IMG/VR virus record: IMGVR_UViG_3300021962_000047
Coordinates: 32,001 to 96,000 of that record
DNA from: a virus
Length of the DNA stretch: 64,000 nt
Direction: 5' to 3' (one strand)
Shown here: one piece after another, positions 49,763-58,316 of the stretch
Layout of the letters: each line of letters starts with the position of its first letter
Numbering within the stretch: position 1 is the first letter of the stretch
Translations under genes and position numbers: made by a program
The notes under the pieces: generated by a model
What the model saw: the letters and a program-made list of their open reading frames with translations, nothing else
The model's database searches: none
Told to the model about the DNA's origin: nothing

Positions 49763-51291
49763 TGAATGATGTAGTTTCAAAAAGGTTAAGACAGATAATT
49801 TTTCCAGGTAAATGTGTGGACAATGATGACCCGCAAATGCTTGGGAGAATTCGTGTTTACCCTGAACAAGAAAATGTTATAGATAGAAAAGCATCTGTTT
49901 ATGAATTTAATGAAGAAAGAGATAAGTGGACTGAAAAAGACCCATTTATATTTTTACCATTATTACCTTATTTTTTATACCAAGTACCAAAAGTTGATGA
50001 ATATGTTCAGATTCTTTATGCAAATCCCGGTGATACCTCGGCAAATAATAAATTTTACGTACAAGGTCCATTTTCATCACCTACCACAACGCCAGCTGAA
50101 AACTTCAACTCAGCCAAAACATATTTAAATGCGGGTTCAAGAAATAAAAGATACAAATCATTAAAGAACAACAAGGGTGAGTATTTGAATTTAAATACTA
50201 CTGGTATATATCCCGAACCTGGTGACAATGCTTTGTTGGGTCGAGGTTCTGCGGACATAATCATCAAAGAAGATGAGGTATTAATAAGAGCGGGAAAATA
50301 TAAACCATATAAAAATGGTCAAATACCAAACAAAAATGAAGAAAGAGCATTTATTGATTTGGTAAAATATACAACGACGGAACAATACGCACCGACAAAA
50401 AAAGAAATTAGATTTATATCTCAAGATAAAGATATTACAAAACTTATTGAGTATACTATTTTTAATCCTGAAAACACTATGAGTGCATTTACGGGTCAAG
50501 TTATTTTATATAACATAACTCCCGATACATCTAATAGTGGTAATACGAAATCAAATAACATATCACCAAATTCAGATTTAAACAATTATAAATCGGTCCA
50601 ATATATTTCACAATTTAGTTCATTAAATTTATTACAAGTTGCCAATTTTATTAACAACTTTATTTTAAGTGTGATGAAAGGAGTTTTTGAAGATGGAAGA
50701 CCGGTATTAAATCAATACCCATTATATTACCGTCCTGCAGAAAATCTTTACAATATTGTTAATTCAAACCCTGATACTGTTGATGAAAATGCTTGGTTCA
50801 ATGTATTAGCATTATTACCACTAATTAAACCAACAAAATTTAGTCCATCATTTGGTGGTAATGGTTTGGTATATGATAAAACAGGAACCCCATACGCACC
50901 AAAGATACCTCAGATTGAAAAGTTCCAACCTAAACGAGTTATCCAACAAGAAAATACGGTAGCATATATCGGAGCGAAACAGGTATATCTATTATCACAA
51001 GAATCCACACACCCAATCAAGGGTAAAATAGATTTTACAGATACTTTGTATGGAATTAGTCAGACAAAATTATTGGATGAGATTCAACCGAAAACCTCAT
51101 CACTTGTTAGAGGTGAAGAATTATTAGAACTATTAAATCTAATGGTTAGATATATAACAACTCACGTTCACCCCTATCCTGGATTACCACCAGTAGGTGT
51201 TACAACAGATGGAACAAACGTACAAGATTTGTTAAAAGAACTTTTAGATGCCAACGAAAAAATATTAAACAAAAATATTCGACTTAACTAA
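49762..51291 (+). CDS. Baseplate central spike (gp5/VgrG OB-fold, HxH apex)
   Basis: DNDDPQMLGRIRV, VPKVDEYVQI, LLGRGSADIIIK and C-terminal VRGEELLELL...THVHP. Confidence 0.75.
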   Translation: MNDVVSKRLRQIIFPGKCVDNDDPQMLGRIRVYPEQENVIDRKASVYEFNEERDKWTEKDPFIFLPLLPYFLYQVPKVDEYVQILYANPGDTSANNKFYVQGPFSSPTTTPAENFNSAKTYLNAGSRNKRYKSLKNNKGEYLNLNTTGIYPEPGDNALLGRGSADIIIKEDEVLIRAGKYKPYKNGQIPNKNEERAFIDLVKYTTTEQYAPTKKEIRFISQDKDITKLIEYTIFNPENTMSAFTGQVILYNITPDTSNSGNTKSNNISPNSDLNNYKSVQYISQFSSLNLLQVANFINNFILSVMKGVFEDGRPVLNQYPLYYRPAENLYNIVNSNPDTVDENAWFNVLALLPLIKPTKFSPSFGGNGLVYDKTGTPYAPKIPQIEKFQPKRVIQQENTVAYIGAKQVYLLSQESTHPIKGKIDFTDTLYGISQTKLLDEIQPKTSSLVRGEELLELLNLMVRYITTHVHPYPGLPPVGVTTDGTNVQDLLKELLDANEKILNKNIRLN

Positions 51292-51313
51292 GTATTTATA
51301 GTAAAAATAGATA

Positions 51314-52825
51314 ATGTCAGCGTTAAAGTCATATTTCAAAAAAAACGATACGATAATTTATAATTCCTACACAAATACAGGTAGAAATCCTGTTGTAGAA
51401 TTATTTTTTGGTAGAGTAGACAATGTTATTGGACCAATCGGGTTTTCTCGATTTATTTTTGATTTGGATTTAACCCAACTACAACAAAATTTTAATGACG
51501 GTGTTATATCATTAGATTGTTCAGGTAGTACTATGACACATACTTTAAGAATGACAAACACATCGTCATTTGATGAGGAACTATTAAACACAACTTGGTC
51601 AAACGGAAGAAGAAGAGCGACATCATTTGATTTGATTCTTTTTAGAATACCAAAAGTATCGGGAACAACAGGAGACCCACAAACATGGGATGAAGGTGTT
51701 GGTTATGACTATTACTACTCATCAACCCCCCTTAATAGTTCAAGTAGCATGAGTATCTCCAATCAGATATTAACAGACAAAGCATTTTCAGACCGTCCTG
51801 TTAACTGGTTCCAAAGAGAGACAATATCTAATTGGTCTTATCCAGGTATCTACGACAATACAAATTCACAAACCGGTGGTATGGCAGGATTAAACTACAA
51901 TGCATTGACCATTATCGATAGACAACATTTTGAGTTTGGAAATGAGGACATCGAATTTGATATGACAAATGAAATTAACGACATCTTAACGGGGGCAACA
52001 ACAGGTTCCACAGGATGGGGGATTGCATTTGTACCACAGGTAGAGAACATTACAGGAATGACCGAGAGTTACGCAGTTGGTTTCTTCTCTCGTCACACAC
52101 AGACATTTTATGAGCCATATCTTGAAACAAATTATGATGATTTGATTCAGGATGATAGAAATACATTCTACGAGGGGAAAGAAAACAACTTATATCTATA
52201 TGCATATACGGCAGGTAACCCAATTAATTTTGACGTTAATCCTACTGTAGATATTTTAGATGAAAGTGATGGTTCAGTATTTGCCTCGTTACCCACTTGT
52301 TTGATAACAAAGGGGGTTTACAAAGTAGAGGTTCCACCAATTACAGCCGACACCGTTCCATGTATGTATTATGACGTATGGAAAGGATTATCAATTAATG
52401 GTAAATCATTATCTAATGTTGAAAACGATATCGTGTTAAAACCAAGTGATGAATATTATTCAATAGGAACAACAACCAAAGACCCTGAAATTTATGGGTT
52501 TGATTATTATGGTATTAAACAGAACGAAAAGATATTAAGTTCTGATGTCAGAAAAGTTAGTGTTATCATCAAAAAGGCATATACGACAAATGTTGTATTA
52601 AATCAAGTTGATGTTTCATATAGAGTTTACGTTAGAGAGGGAACAACTGAAGTTATGGTTCAGGATTGGACCCAAGTTAACAGAACACCTGACGGGTACT
52701 ATTTTGTATTCGATACGAGAGATAAAATACCTAATGAATATTTTATAGATATCCAAGTTAATACAGACCAAAATGTTGATACTTATAAAAGACAGATTCA
52801 ATTTCAAATAGTAAACAACAAATGA
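51314..52825 (+). CDS. Putative virion structural protein
   Basis: KNDTI...NTG.NPVVEL...SRFIFDLDL, TWDEGVG and FFSRHTQTFYEPYLE; beta-rich; preceded by TATTTATA. Confidence 0.6.
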   Translation: MSALKSYFKKNDTIIYNSYTNTGRNPVVELFFGRVDNVIGPIGFSRFIFDLDLTQLQQNFNDGVISLDCSGSTMTHTLRMTNTSSFDEELLNTTWSNGRRRATSFDLILFRIPKVSGTTGDPQTWDEGVGYDYYYSSTPLNSSSSMSISNQILTDKAFSDRPVNWFQRETISNWSYPGIYDNTNSQTGGMAGLNYNALTIIDRQHFEFGNEDIEFDMTNEINDILTGATTGSTGWGIAFVPQVENITGMTESYAVGFFSRHTQTFYEPYLETNYDDLIQDDRNTFYEGKENNLYLYAYTAGNPINFDVNPTVDILDESDGSVFASLPTCLITKGVYKVEVPPITADTVPCMYYDVWKGLSINGKSLSNVENDIVLKPSDEYYSIGTTTKDPEIYGFDYYGIKQNEKILSSDVRKVSVIIKKAYTTNVVLNQVDVSYRVYVREGTTEVMVQDWTQVNRTPDGYYFVFDTRDKIPNEYFIDIQVNTDQNVDTYKRQIQFQIVNNK

Positions 52826-53070
52826 AAACGATAACCATAACTGAAGAAATGATTGAACAAATCATTCGTAGAGTAATCCACGAAAAGAAAAAGAGTAAGA
52901 AGAAGAAAGACACTACTCTTTGTGCTAGAGGTAAGTCGGCGGCTAAAGCTAAATTTGATGTATATCCATCAGCATATGCTAATGGTTATGCTGTTCAGGT
53001 TTGTAAAGGTTCAATGCCGGGTTTGGATGGGAAGAAAAGATGTTCAGGAAAATATTGTTCAGGTAAATAA
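52822..53070 (+). CDS. Small basic protein (PSAYA motif, DUF5872-like) with an N-terminal leader helix
   Basis: ITEEMIEQIIRRVIHE leader followed by LCARGKSAAKAKFDVYPSAYANGYAVQVCKG. Confidence 0.6.
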   Translation: MKTITITEEMIEQIIRRVIHEKKKSKKKKDTTLCARGKSAAKAKFDVYPSAYANGYAVQVCKGSMPGLDGKKRCSGKYCSGK

Positions 53071-53085
53071 TTTTTACTATCTTTG
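53054..53085 (+). promoter_or_regulatory. Bacteroidota-type primary-sigma promoter
   Basis: ATTG-N20-TATCTTTG matches the -33 TTTG / -7 TAnnTTTG consensus and lies 21 nt before the ATG at 53107. Confidence 0.55.
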
Positions 53086-53106
53086 CCATCTAATACCAAA
53101 AATAAA

Positions 53107-53301
53107 ATGAGTCACAAAACATACATCCTTAAAAAGAACGATACGTTAGTTATGGAAACCCAAGCGGTAACTGTTGACCGAGCTCTTGATTATTTTATTG
53201 AATCTGACCCTGATATTTACAACAACTTTTCTCAGTATTCTATTGGTATTAAACCAACACCAGCACCTAATTACGAACTTTTGGTTAAAGGGTTAGAGTA
53301 A
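53107..53301 (+). CDS. Hypothetical protein
   Basis: MSHKTYILKK...; ATG in A-rich context after the host-type promoter. Confidence 0.55.
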   Translation: MSHKTYILKKNDTLVMETQAVTVDRALDYFIESDPDIYNNFSQYSIGIKPTPAPNYELLVKGLE

Positions 53302-53850
53302 TCTTCTACACTCTTTAACTACCCACTTATAACCTATTTCACCACCCCTTAATAATGACATTACATAGTCATTGTCTTCGTGTGGTCTACCCTTAAACCC
53401 TTCTTTTAAAAGAGGGGTATTTTTTTGTGAATCAAAATACTTTTTGATTGTTTGTATATCTTCTACTGTGATATTCTTGCCTTCTAATAGTTTTTCCGCA
53501 AACATATCTTTTTTACCTTGTTTTCTTAAGTAAAAAATACCTCTTTTTACGTTTTCTTTTACAACCTTAGGTACACGTACAGTTCTAGTATCTTCTTTTA
53601 CCTCAATTATAAGGTCACCAGTACCTTTAATTACTCTATGGTAGGTCTCCTTAGGTATAAAGTATTTTTGTCCTTCTAATAAAGGTTTTGGTAGTTCATT
53701 TTCAATCTGTAACATCCATCCATTAGACGATTCAATAAAAACCTCTCGGTCTCGTCTATCACGATGCCAAACCAACTCTTCAGAATCTACATTTTCTGAA
53801 AATGTTCTTCTGAATTTTCCCGTACTAATATCTTCTTGTTTGTATACCAT
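53293..53850 (-). CDS. Cupin-like domain fused to a domain resembling 33312..33782
   Basis: ELVWHRDRRDREV...GW..Q.ENELP...FIPKETYHRVIKG (cupin-like). The start at 53850 overlaps the upstream TAA. Confidence 0.6.
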   Translation of the reverse strand: MVYKQEDISTGKFRRTFSENVDSEELVWHRDRRDREVFIESSNGWMLQIENELPKPLLEGQKYFIPKETYHRVIKGTGDLIIEVKEDTRTVRVPKVVKENVKRGIFYLRKQGKKDMFAEKLLEGKNITVEDIQTIKKYFDSQKNTPLLKEGFKGRPHEDNDYVMSLLRGGEIGYKWVVKECRRLL

Positions 53851-56800
53851 TACCAATATCTTCCTGGAACGTTATTACCAAAATCTTTGTGTGCTCTACA
53901 AGCCCAATATCCTGCTTTGGTTCTATCTTTTTTCTTTTCACACTGATGTCTTGCCGCAAACGATGCTCTAGCCCCTGAGTCATTCCATTTAGCTGTCATA
54001 ACAGGTGAACCGTAAGAAACTTTAACAATCTTTCCTGTTTTAGGATTTCTAACATATACATACCATTTTTTAGAACCACCCTTTTTAGGTTTTCCTAATT
54101 CTACATTCTTACCTTTATACTCCGCCTCCGATAAACCAAATATTTTTTTAGCCATAGGATTTAAGTCTGATGGTTTAATAAGTTTAGCAGGTATGGTTTT
54201 TGATTTAGACCTTAATGCTTTTTGAGCTCTGTGGTTACCATCAAGTATCCATTGTATTTTATTTTGCTCATCCACCATTACTAAAATGGGGTATTGAGTT
54301 GAAATTTCTACTTGAGATATTCGTTCAATTTCTTCAGGATTATCATCCCAATTTAAAACTATTGGAGCTAATTTTTCTGTAGGTAAGTTTACAATTTTAA
54401 TATTTTTAGTTAATTCTAAAATATCTTGTAATGTAATAGTTTCATTATCAGCACCTGTCCAAGATGTATCTTCCCCTTGCTCATTAACCATTGGGAAATC
54501 TAATGGTAACCTTTCACCCTCATAGATAAAGAATTTACCTAAATCTGTATTTAATAAATCTTCATCCTCTTCATTAATATAAAAACCTTTTTGTTTTAAC
54601 TCTCGAGCTTCATTAATAATCTCAAAATATTTATCACTACCATGTCTGAATACATTTTCTGAAACGGGTATTTTATTATCAATATGATATTGTAACTCTT
54701 CAGAAATTTGAGGTTTTGTTTTTATTTTATTTAATTCATTTTGAATCGATTCTTTAATTCCGAATCCTTTTCCTTTGTGTTGAGATGGATTATCCATATA
54801 TTCGTAATAGTTGTTAAAAATTTTCATTATTTTATGGTAATCACTATCTATTCTAAATTTTTCAAATTCGTTAGATAACCATTGTTCACCATTAAGGTGT
54901 TCGTTATTTAATTCATCGTAAACCAATAATCTACCAGGACCTTCACCCCACCCACGGTATAATCCGTATTTTGTATTATTTAGTTTATCGGCAATTTCTT
55001 TGTTTTTAATTATCAAATAAATTAATGTACCTCCGATAATATGTTCATCAAACATCTCATCATTATCCTTGTTAGTTGTACACCACTTTGTATTTGCACC
55101 ATATTTACAAGAAGCATTATGTGTTAACGGTACTACCAATAGATAATCTTCGGTGTCGTATAATTTTTCATATTCTTTAGGTTCTACCTTAAATTTTTCC
55201 GTAACTAAAGTATCCGATTCTTCACCATCAATTTGTGGTTCAATATCTTTTGGTTGTAATGGTGGATTTAATAAGAATCTTTGGTTGACCCAATTTCTTA
55301 ATTCATTTTCTACAAAATATTCTGGTACCACTTCATCATCTGGTTTTGATGATGCAACTTCAGATATATAATAAGCAAACTTTAATTTAGCTTCTTCATT
55401 CATTAAATTCATCAAACCATCACTAACAAAGAAGATTTTACTAAATGGGTCCGTTGGATTTATATCACCTTCGGCAACGGTAAACAATCTAAGTATTGTT
55501 TTAGCCCACCAAGACTTATAAGATTTTGTTTCTTTCAATGTTGGAGATAATATCTTATTGGCGGCTCTCATTGCTGAACCAATAAACCCAGCAACTGCAA
55601 CTTGAGGTAAGAACCACGGTAATAAACGAATAATTGCCTTTACACCTCCCTCACCAACGTGTAAGGCTAAACGTTTACTCATTGCAGCATCTACAATGCT
55701 CTTTAATTGACCAAATGTGATTGGTCCTTGAGATGAGCAAAACTTTTGTGAATCACAAATACTTTTAACAACTTGTTTAGATGGATTTACAGTTTGAATT
55801 TCTTCTTCCTGTTCATTTAAATTTTCACTCTTAAGTGCTGTTGAAGTTTCAATACCAACAATTCCATCAATCATATTAAGTTTTCTATCTTTTTGGAATT
55901 TTTTAATTTGAGATGCGGTATTAAAATCGTACACACCATTAATATCATCAGCACTTAAGTTATCAAAGTAATTCAAATCTTTTAATATTTTTTGAATCAT
56001 TTCAACACCCTTACCTTCAGACCCAATAGATAATAGTTCAGAATTGTCCCCATTTTCTATAATATCATCTATGGTTAAATCATTTTTAACAATTTCACCA
56101 TCAATTTTATCAACAACATCACTAGGTTCAATAATAGTCATTTCACCATTTAAACTATCTTTTAAATTATCCCACGGATTTATATTACCATTTGTATAAC
56201 CTTTATCCGCATAATACATAGAAAAATGCAAGTGAGGGTGTGTATTAGAGGCATTTCCTGTATTACCAACGGTACCTATAAAATCTCCTTTATAAATTTT
56301 ATCACCTTTTTTTAATTGGTCTGAAATCTGATTTAAGTGGGCGTAATAATAAACTATACCGTCTTTTAAAATACTAACGGTATTACCACCTATTCCTAAA
56401 TTTCTACCAATTTTATATATAGTACCATCAACACACGCAACTAGTGGTGTTCCTTTTGGTGCAAAAATATCGATACCGCTATGACCTCCGTGAGCTTGGT
56501 GTCGAGCATCACCACCACCATAATCACTATTATGTACTGCCCTATCTTTATCTAATATTTTTTTAGATGAACCTAATCCTTCAGTATCATAACCAATATT
56601 AAATTGATTGTTACCTATCGGAAATAGAAATGAAGAACTCTCCTTAATTAATAAAGATGATTCATTATTTTCTTGTTCCGATAATCTTTTTATTACCAAG
56701 TTGGTTAATCTTTCCAAAGATTCGTTTTTCTTATCTTTTGGTTTATATGAAGTCATAATTGGCGTTTGTCCTTTTCCTGTTTGTGTATCCTTTTTTTCCG

Positions 56801-57044
56801 CAGAACGTTTTTGTCTGCAAGCCGCCTTTTTTTCCGCATCCGTCATTTTACCCGCAACACCAGCTGCTCTACATTTTGGGTACGCACCCTTATCTGCAGT
56901 TTTTCTACCACAGGGAGGGTGTTTTCCATCCTTATCTTTACTACATATGTTAACCCACGGCCCTTTAGGTTGCTTACTACCCTTTGGTTTTTTCTTCTTA
57001 CCAAACCAAACAGCTAAATCTTCACTTAAAATATATTCAGACAT
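53850..57044 (-). CDS. Mosaic multidomain protein: Cys/Lys-rich domain, M23 peptidase, peptidoglycan-binding domain, two or three unknown domains, ParB-like domain and basic C-terminal domain
   Basis: M23: HSGIDIF...YYAHL...HPHLHF. PG-binding: GSEGKGVEMIQKIL...DGIVGIET. Also SCKYGANTKWCTT, ParB-like PILV...ILDGNHR, and AEYKGKNVELGKP...ARHQC...AGYWAC. The start was moved to the ATG at 57044. Confidence 0.75.
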   Translation of the reverse strand: MSEYILSEDLAVWFGKKKKPKGSKQPKGPWVNICSKDKDGKHPPCGRKTADKGAYPKCRAAGVAGKMTDAEKKAACRQKRSAEKKDTQTGKGQTPIMTSYKPKDKKNESLERLTNLVIKRLSEQENNESSLLIKESSSFLFPIGNNQFNIGYDTEGLGSSKKILDKDRAVHNSDYGGGDARHQAHGGHSGIDIFAPKGTPLVACVDGTIYKIGRNLGIGGNTVSILKDGIVYYYAHLNQISDQLKKGDKIYKGDFIGTVGNTGNASNTHPHLHFSMYYADKGYTNGNINPWDNLKDSLNGEMTIIEPSDVVDKIDGEIVKNDLTIDDIIENGDNSELLSIGSEGKGVEMIQKILKDLNYFDNLSADDINGVYDFNTASQIKKFQKDRKLNMIDGIVGIETSTALKSENLNEQEEEIQTVNPSKQVVKSICDSQKFCSSQGPITFGQLKSIVDAAMSKRLALHVGEGGVKAIIRLLPWFLPQVAVAGFIGSAMRAANKILSPTLKETKSYKSWWAKTILRLFTVAEGDINPTDPFSKIFFVSDGLMNLMNEEAKLKFAYYISEVASSKPDDEVVPEYFVENELRNWVNQRFLLNPPLQPKDIEPQIDGEESDTLVTEKFKVEPKEYEKLYDTEDYLLVVPLTHNASCKYGANTKWCTTNKDNDEMFDEHIIGGTLIYLIIKNKEIADKLNNTKYGLYRGWGEGPGRLLVYDELNNEHLNGEQWLSNEFEKFRIDSDYHKIMKIFNNYYEYMDNPSQHKGKGFGIKESIQNELNKIKTKPQISEELQYHIDNKIPVSENVFRHGSDKYFEIINEARELKQKGFYINEEDEDLLNTDLGKFFIYEGERLPLDFPMVNEQGEDTSWTGADNETITLQDILELTKNIKIVNLPTEKLAPIVLNWDDNPEEIERISQVEISTQYPILVMVDEQNKIQWILDGNHRAQKALRSKSKTIPAKLIKPSDLNPMAKKIFGLSEAEYKGKNVELGKPKKGGSKKWYVYVRNPKTGKIVKVSYGSPVMTAKWNDSGARASFAARHQCEKKKDRTKAGYWACRAHKDFGNNVPGRYW

Positions 57045-57093
57045 ACTTGAATTTTTTATATCTTTTCTTATATATATTATAAATATCAAATAA

Positions 57094-57351
57094 ATGAGTA
57101 ATACAAAGCCATTCGGAACCTTATTTGACCAAATTAATTACAACAGTAGTGAAGATTTGGACCGATTCCTCGAAAAGATGACCCCCGACCAAGCACTTTA
57201 TTGTATCCTACAAGCTGTTCGTTCAGCTCATTACAGAAATGCTTTTAGTATGGAAGAATCTGAAGTGGTGTCAAAATCAGTTAGGTTAATAACAAAAGAT
57301 AATCCGACAGCCAATGGGAGTCCCAATCCCGAGGTCTATAAATCAGAGTAA
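57094..57351 (+). CDS. Hypothetical protein
   Basis: 85 aa, followed by a terminator. Confidence 0.6.
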   Translation: MSNTKPFGTLFDQINYNSSEDLDRFLEKMTPDQALYCILQAVRSAHYRNAFSMEESEVVSKSVRLITKDNPTANGSPNPEVYKSE

Positions 57352-57359
57352 TTTTATTA

Positions 57360-57387
57360 AAGAGGACTATTAGTCCTCTTTTTTTTG
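57360..57387 (+). terminator. Intrinsic terminator
   Basis: Inverted repeat AAGAGGACTA-T-TAGTCCTCTT followed by a T tract. Confidence 0.7.
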
Positions 57388-57433
57388 CCCTATAAAAACT
57401 AAATAAACCAAATAAAAACAAAAAACAAACAAA

Positions 57434-58264
57434 ATGAAAAACACAAAAACCTACAATGAATTAGTTCAAAAAATGAGACACTTCTTTTTAAATAAAGGAT
57501 TTAAAGAAGTACCTACACAAAGTCGATTATCAATCTTAGCTGCATGTGAAAACCCACATTCAATTACAACATTTACCTATAACGGTGAAATTTGGCCTCT
57601 ACCACAAACAGGTCAAATGTGGTTGGAATATGAATTACTTAAAAACCCTGAGTGGGAAGGAGTATTCTGTATCTCCACATCGTACCGTCAAGAAAAAAGT
57701 CCAATTCCAGGTAGACACGAACTTATCTTCCCTATGTTCGAATTTGAATCAAAAGGTGAAATGAAAGATATGTTAAAACTAGAATCTGAATTATTAGAAT
57801 GGTTAGGTTTTGATTCTCCAGTAGAAGTTAATTACAACGATGTATGTGAAGAATACGGCGGAGTTGAAATCTTAGAAGATGAACACGAAACAAGAATGTG
57901 GAAAGAAAAAGGTTCGGTAGTATCTCTTCAGAATTTTCCATTAAGGACTAACCCATTTTGGAACATGAGACATAAAGAGAATAATATCTTTAACAAAGTT
58001 GATGTTATCCTTTATGGTCAAGAAACAATCGGAAGTGCTGAAAGAAGTTGTAATGTTGAAGAAATGAAACATAATTTCTACACTATCGAAAATGGTGGTT
58101 ATTCCGCCAAGTTGTTCGAATTGTTCGGTAAAGAACGTGTAGAAAAAGAATTAGAAGAATTTTTATCTTTTGATTTCTTCCCTCGATTTGGTGGAGGTAT
58201 AGGTATGACTCGATTAGCTAGAGCATACGAACTAATGTTAGAAGAAGAATTAGCAGTAGTATAA
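57434..58264 (+). CDS. Class IIb aminoacyl-tRNA synthetase catalytic domain only (AsnRS/AspRS-like; no anticodon-binding domain)
   Basis: Motif 1 MRHFFLNKGFKEVPT, LPQTGQMWLE, motif 2 STSYRQE...RH..IFPMFEFE, ETIGSAER and motif 3 RFGGGIGMTRL; only 276 aa. Confidence 0.8.
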   Translation: MKNTKTYNELVQKMRHFFLNKGFKEVPTQSRLSILAACENPHSITTFTYNGEIWPLPQTGQMWLEYELLKNPEWEGVFCISTSYRQEKSPIPGRHELIFPMFEFESKGEMKDMLKLESELLEWLGFDSPVEVNYNDVCEEYGGVEILEDEHETRMWKEKGSVVSLQNFPLRTNPFWNMRHKENNIFNKVDVILYGQETIGSAERSCNVEEMKHNFYTIENGGYSAKLFELFGKERVEKELEEFLSFDFFPRFGGGIGMTRLARAYELMLEEELAVV

Positions 58265-58267
58265 AAT

Positions 58268-58295
58268 AAAAAAAGGGGACCCATTGGGTCCCCTT
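58268..58295 (-). terminator. Terminator between the convergent capsid and AsnRS-like genes
   Basis: AAGGGGACCC-att-GGGTCCCCTT with a T tract on the minus strand. Confidence 0.8.
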
Positions 58296-58316
58296 CCTAT
58301 TTAGTGTTTAAGATGA

